Of a DNA stretch of 64,000 bases, positions 57,731 through 64,000 are shown one piece after another; position 1 is the stretch's first letter, and every line of letters begins with the position of its first letter. This DNA is from Chrysomallon squamiferum (Eukaryota > Animalia > Mollusca). Below the pieces are notes generated by a model, which was not told the DNA's origin, did no database searches, and saw only the letters and a program-made list of their open reading frames with translations. The translations under genes were made by a program, and so were the position numbers. Location of the stretch: assembly GCA_012295275.1 (NCBI GenBank), contig CM022673.1:3100001-3164000 (forward strand), written 5' to 3'.

Positions 57731-58070
57731 AATTTTGATTGTTTTAAATTTAATTTTTTTGGAAAATAATAATATACTGGTGGCTTGAGTGTGGGAGCCA
57801 AGTTTAAATACAAAATCTGTATATGTTTCATATATAGCTTGCATAGTGAAAAGGTATATTATATATTAATACAAAATTTTATTTAAAATAATTGTTATGA
57901 TTTTGTTTGAGAGAAAGTTTGTGTAAACAGAATCATCAGAAAAGCAAACGATCACTACTTGTGTTAAATAAACAATATTACCTCAGCCACTTGAAAAAGA
58001 AATAAAAACAAAAATTCAAACATGCACAAATGTTTGTTTTTCAGAATCTGGATAAAGTATGCTTAACCTT
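57431..58070. mobile_element. Non-autonomous Tc1/mariner-pogo (Tigger-like) DNA transposon
   Basis: Left end tagattgagcattccttgtctgaaatgctt and right end cagaatctggataaagtatgcttaacctt are imperfect inverted repeats. The internal sequence resembles Tigger4/Zombi as I recall it. Confidence 0.6.
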
Positions 58071-60233
58071 AATATCATTTTGGATAGTTATCTCAAACTG
58101 TCTGCATGTACTTATAACCTCTTTAGTATTAGCAAATATTCAATAAGTAAATATTGTTTTACAAAAATCTAGCCAGGGTATTGATTGATTCATCATTACT
58201 TACGAGATGAACCATATCTTTGGGTTGTTTCTTTATTCTTAATAATAATAATATATATAAATATATGTATTGTTTTTACTTGATGTTTGTCTATCTCTGT
58301 GTATGTACAAACTCCTTAGCATTTGAAATCATTAAATAAGTCAATATACTTTACACAAAGACACCTCCATGTATAAATAAATAAATCTGAATCGGGATGG
58401 CCATTTGTATCAGTCTGTTTACAGATGTCAGTTTTTATGACAAATAGAATGCATGTGACCCGAAACAGGTAAACAACATTTATTGTTTTAGCAGCTGTGT
58501 ATTTTGTCAATTAGTGACCTCTGCAATAAAACTCCAAGTTTAAGACTTATTTTTTATCCTACATCTACTGATGTCTGATGATAAAGTGTGCGGAAAATTC
58601 CAAGTAGCTTTTTGAAGTGGGTTTAGCATTGTGGAAGCCATTTTGAATTGTTTATTTTCAGTAAACTCTTGACTTTTATTTAACTATTAAGTGCTGCTAA
58701 TTGTTATTAATTCCAAAAGTTAATAATAACAACAACAACAACAAGGTATAAATAAACTCCAGTGACTCTTTTAGAATTTATTTACGTAAACTACGTGCTC
58801 AATTACATTCAATCAAAAATAATTTTCTTCATCCCAACTTGTCAAGTCTGGTCTGGCAATAATTTAGCATGAAGACCATCATGAGTTGCACAACCTTTCA
58901 GTCCTGATAGCTCATCTGTCAGATACGTGGTTCTAAAAATAAACTTGATGGATTTCCAGTTTAATGAAGAATTACATAAACCAAAAAGTTATCTGCAAGA
59001 CTGCAGAGTGATAGCCAGTTGGACTCATTTTTAATTTCTTAATATTGACTTGAAATACTTGCCATCATTCAAGGATCAAGTGTTCGTGTGTTGAAACATA
59101 CTTTGAATTATCTTTCTTTTTATGGCATTGAGTAGCTTTATATTTTCCCATTCTAGTTAGTTCTCTCAAACTGTGTTTTCATACCCATAGGAAGACTTCT
59201 TTTAAAGATTTATTTCTGTTAATTGGTAGGAATAACCCATAAAGAGACATGCATGTTCAACCCTCCACAGTGTTTCTTTAGTGTTATTTTCGATCCTAGC
59301 CAGTCTCCCACATCTTGTTTCTTTAAGCTCGTAATATACGCATTCTTGTGTATGGGAAGTGATTTATTAAAGATATCTTGTTGTTAAAAAAAGAAATGAA
59401 GAAGAAGCTTTACAACATACAGTTTCATCTCTCTTTATGTGTGTATAGTACTTAACTGATTGTATGATACATGTACAACCATGTGCGACCTGTTAAATAA
59501 AAAATGTTGTCCTTCTTTCTTTGGGTGACGTCACTGTATCAGTAATCAGACTGATAGTTTAACATGTCTTCCACTGAGTCCAATAACAAATCAATTTGTT
59601 AATTTTTTCCCACCTCATTTATCTTGTTATTCTATCACATTTTAAAAATTAGGCTGCTCCAAACCATTAATAATTTTGTCATTTTTTGCCGGATAATTGT
59701 ACAGGCTGACACCAGAGACAAGACTTTAATCTCTCTGGTTGTTGAGCGATAGAAACAATGGTCTCATTAAAGAGACTGAAGTGCCGCAGTGATCAGAGAA
59801 TGTATGTTTGGTACGCCGAGTACAAATGACAATGAGCTGTTATTCTATTAAGCTTTTGTTTAACGATTGATTTTTTTCACCTTCACTTTGTAATAAAATA
59901 CTGTGTGGATGTTTCGTGGGCAGAACCAGTTTAGTTCTGTAACAATGTGTGCACTGAAAGAAAGAAAAAATAAATGAAACATTGGATGCATCAATCTCTC
60001 TTGTGATAATAGTTTTTCTTAATATTATTAAAAACAATATATATATCAAAACATTTAAAAAAAAAAAAAAAAATTATTATTAATTGTTTATTTGGTTTTT
60101 TATCATGCTGACATACAAAATGAATAAATGTATGAAGCATAAATTCCCTTGGGTGAATATATAAACTTTATGCATTTATTTTTATTGTATCTAAAAGGAC
60201 TTTATTTAATTGTTAAAATGATTGGTAAATTGG

Positions 60234-60445
60234 TGTGGATGTGTTGTAGCTTAATGGTTAGAACACTCACCTGAAATATGTTGGGCCATAAGAGCAGCCT
60301 TCTCAAATGTACCTGTTGGGCTATTTCCTTGTTCCAGTTCTGCTCCATCACAAGCTTAATAAACCTCAAGACACATGCTTTCCTATCTGTTGCAAAAAAA
60401 AAAAAAAAATGAAGATTTTCTGTGTAGTCTTAGAATTATTACAAA
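60234..60445 (+). mobile_element. tRNA-derived SINE remnant
   Basis: A-box-like tgtagcttaatggttagaacactc, followed by ttgggctatttccttgttccag and an A-rich 3' part. Confidence 0.6.
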
Positions 60446-60887
60446 ATTAAAAATTAAAAAAAAAAAAAAAAAAGATATTTTAAAGATGATTAAAGAAATC
60501 TAGTTAATATCTTTTATATTTTTGTTATAGGGATCTTGGTGGAATGGGAAAAAAGATGATGTTCGGTGCTCTGAGGTCAGATCCTCTGAGCTATTATAAT
60601 GTCTCAAACCTCTGACCTGCAGCCCATCACAGAATGTTAGAAGTTAATTACAGCAGTTGCTTAAGAATTGTTAATTTAAATGCTGTTCTGTAAATGATGA
60701 CTTCTGTGTATTAAGTTCATTAAATTCATTAAGGTTATTTTGAAACAGTGTTTCCAAGAAACTTTAAATTATGTTTAACCATAATTTCAAATAATACTAA
60801 TACTAATACTAATACTGTTACTACTATAACTACTACTACTATTAATAATAACATAATATAATAACAACAACAACTTAATAATAATAA

Positions 60888-60918
<31 letters not shown>

Positions 60919-61712
60919 AATAATAGTAGTAGTAGTAGTAGTAGTAGCAGTAGAAATAGTATCAATAATACTAAAACTAATGGTAATAAATTGTTTTAAC
61001 CAGCATATTTACAGTTCAGATGTATTTTGGAATGTCATCTATTATACTTGTGTTAGAACCATACTTTGCCATCTGAACCTGAATTTACCCAAAATACTTT
61101 TTTTTTCTTCATCAGATGAATCGGAGGTCTTGTTAACTACAAACCACTGTTTTTCTTCTAAGAAGTTATCTTTATCTCTATTATTGCAAGTTCAAAGTGG
61201 CCATTTTATTGACAGATATGGCTGGACTAGCTATTTAGATAACAAAAGAATGTTATCTGCATCCATACTTAAGACTTTCAGAAGATCCTTATCATACTTC
61301 ATGCATACTGAAATTTGAATTTTATCCTTCAGATTAAAGTTAAATGCAAATGAAGCCCTATCTGATTGTCATGCCTGTGGGCTCAGGTGTTTTTATCTGA
61401 TGGACTGGATGGTTTTCTTGAGTTCTTGCAGCTTGTTTTGAATAAATGAATCAGTAGTTGAAAAATCAGATCAATTGTCTGTTGCAATAATGTTAACTTT
61501 TTACTACAGAACTTGATAGAAGATCTCTGTGTATGTGTGTGGGTCTGTATGTGTGTGTATGTTAGTCCATGTAGGTGCATGTGTGTGTGTTATGTGCATG
61601 TATACATGAATGTTTTTGTGGACGGATAAAGGAAAACAGATAAAGGGAAAAAGATAATGAAAGAAATAAATGCTGTGAGACAGTAAGTCTTACTTGTGAG
61701 AGTACTTCAAGA

Positions 61713-61776
<64 letters not shown>

Positions 61777-63255
61777 ATTTTATTATAGAGTTAAAACCAT
61801 AAACACATCTTTATTTCTCTTCCACTACACCATTAATCCATCCATTCATCCATTAATTCTTCTGATTATTAAAACAGTCTGTCAGAATGTGTACTGTACA
61901 GGACATCAAATTCATTGTGTTTCAAATCTACTTTAACAGAAAAAAAAAAAAAAATGGAAAATCATTTTGCATTAACAGTTTAAAACTTGTATTTATAAAA
62001 TCCTAGCTTTGACATTTATCCCACAGTAAACAAATCAATATAACAAAATCAAACTATAATTAATTTCATAGATCCAACATATTTACTGCAGTAGATAATC
62101 ACTGTCAAATCTTATTAGCCATTGAAAACTGAAACTATATTTACTGCTTATTTATGTTACATGTTCTGACAGAAATCATTTGATTTGTTGTCAGATAAAC
62201 TTATGGAATTTTGTGTTTCATTATGAATATGAATTTGATTAAAACATTGATTTCCTTGCATTCAGAAACAGAAATAGCAAAGAATATTTGTTTTGGAATA
62301 AAGAATGGAAAAGGTTTAATAATTTTGGTGGATAGGATAAAACCTTAATTTATAAAAAAAAGATATTTTGTCACTATGTTATTATTTATACATGGAAACT
62401 TTAAAAACATTTGTAAATGATTAATTCAATGTATTTTTAGATTATTTAATCTTTATTGTCAGATATCCGTCCTCCTTTCTCTCATTCAAAGTGTTATGTT
62501 CATATTGCGTTTTCTAACATTTAATCAGTATCTGTAATGGTTTAATATGTTAAACATGCAATTATAATCTTCCTGTAATATTTACTATTATTATTCTGTT
62601 TCCTTATTCTTCATTCCAAACTTTGTAGTAGCTGATACAGTTTTATATCTTTCAGTTGAGTAAAAAGTCATTCAGCCACTGTTAATAATGGCAAGTTCTG
62701 ATTTTTAAACTCTATCATTTAATATCGTGAGATAGTCGTGGTTTGGTTTAATTCTCTTTTATAATTTGGATGATTTCCCTTGTGTGTTTGATTCACACAC
62801 ACAAAAGCCACCATTATGTATTCCACTTCACGTTAAAATATTAATCTGTGTTAATGTGAAAAAGCTTATAACTTCATCACCAGATCAATCACACACAAAT
62901 GACTTACTTCATGTAGGAAACACAGAGTGACAGGAGACAGGAGCAGACAACAGGTGTGTTGTAGCATGCTCACCTGCAGGTTTTAAGTTGTAAGTACTCT
63001 TTGGTGCATCATGAACACAGTATAAGATTTGGTCATAGATTGATAACACTTGTAGTAAGTGTGTGTGTGTGTGTGTGTGTTTTGTGTGAGTATATGTGTA
63101 TGTGTCTGTGGATGGTGTACATGTGAATGACTGTGTGTATATGTGTGAGTTTATAGTATAATCTTGTGTTTATAGCAATTATTTCACTGGGAAGAATTAT
63201 ATATCCTTATATAAAGTATTTATGTATTATATTATGCACACATACACACACACAC

Positions 63256-63304
<49 letters not shown>

Positions 63305-63520
63305 TACACATAAACACATACACTCATATACATACACATACATACACTGACACACACACACACACTTGTATACATACATACACTGACACACACACATACA
63401 TTCTCTTTGTTTTAATTTTACCAAATGACCGAGAGATACAACCATTTACTATAATCTTCTTTAATAAACATCAAAAAATTTCAATCTGAGAAGAAAAGAA
63501 AAATCTAATTATTTTTTCAC

Positions 63521-63560
63521 TTTAATATGACTGAGAATAATCAGAACTCTTGACATGATG

Positions 63561-63619
<59 letters not shown>

Positions 63620-63741
63620 CATGCATGCATATATATATATATTTAATATGACTGAGAATAATCAGAACTCTTGACATGATGATACTGTCCCCATACACAC
63701 ACAGACACACACACACACACACACACACAGAGACACACACA

Positions 63742-63793
<52 letters not shown>

Positions 63794-63875
63794 AGTATAT
63801 GTATATATATATATTTAATATAACTGAGAAAAATCAGAACTCTTGACATGACAGTCCCCCCACACACACACACAG
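63521..63875. repeat. Composite tandem repeat: ~44-bp unit separated by variable (CA)n/(TA)n tracts, 3 copies
   Basis: tttaatatgactgagaataatcagaactcttgacatga at 63521, 63642 and 63813. Confidence 0.88.
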
Positions 63876-64000
63876 CTGATTTTGATGCTATTCAGAAACG
63901 CACTGAAAGACCCTGGAGAAGATACTGTTCCCTGAAGCCAGGAGGCTTTAATGAATGACAAACAAAAATGGTAGCACTGGGTCATCTGGTTGCAATTAAG

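Noticed and set aside
60244-60320. Possible tRNA gene
   Set aside because: Only an A-box-like start is present. There is no B box or cloverleaf, and it continues into SINE body sequence.

Overview
AT-rich, microsatellite-dense eukaryotic genomic DNA with GT-AG introns. It is probably a mollusc: the tRNA-derived SINE remnants resemble gastropod SINEs as I remember them, which I could not verify. Most ORFs in the supplied track are translations of simple repeats. Three spliced genes can be rebuilt by hand. (1) A divergent Ras-superfamily GTPase on +, most like the RGK (Rad/Gem/Rem) or RERG groups, with 4 exons at 8684-11173; G2/G3 are degenerate and no P-loop exon was found. (2) A 16-exon FNBP4 orthologue on - (30139 to 14183, about 1014 aa, two WW domains), with several candidate poison/decoy exons. 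(3) A 4-exon, 119-aa secreted protein on + (32084-33771) with two exon-encoded six-cysteine modules, head-to-head with FNBP4. The right half (35-64 kb) has no reconstructable protein. It holds a likely promoter/first exon near 39.0 kb, orphan exon candidates, a nested inverted-repeat element, a Tigger-like DNA transposon with a tandemly amplified left end, SINE remnants and minisatellites.
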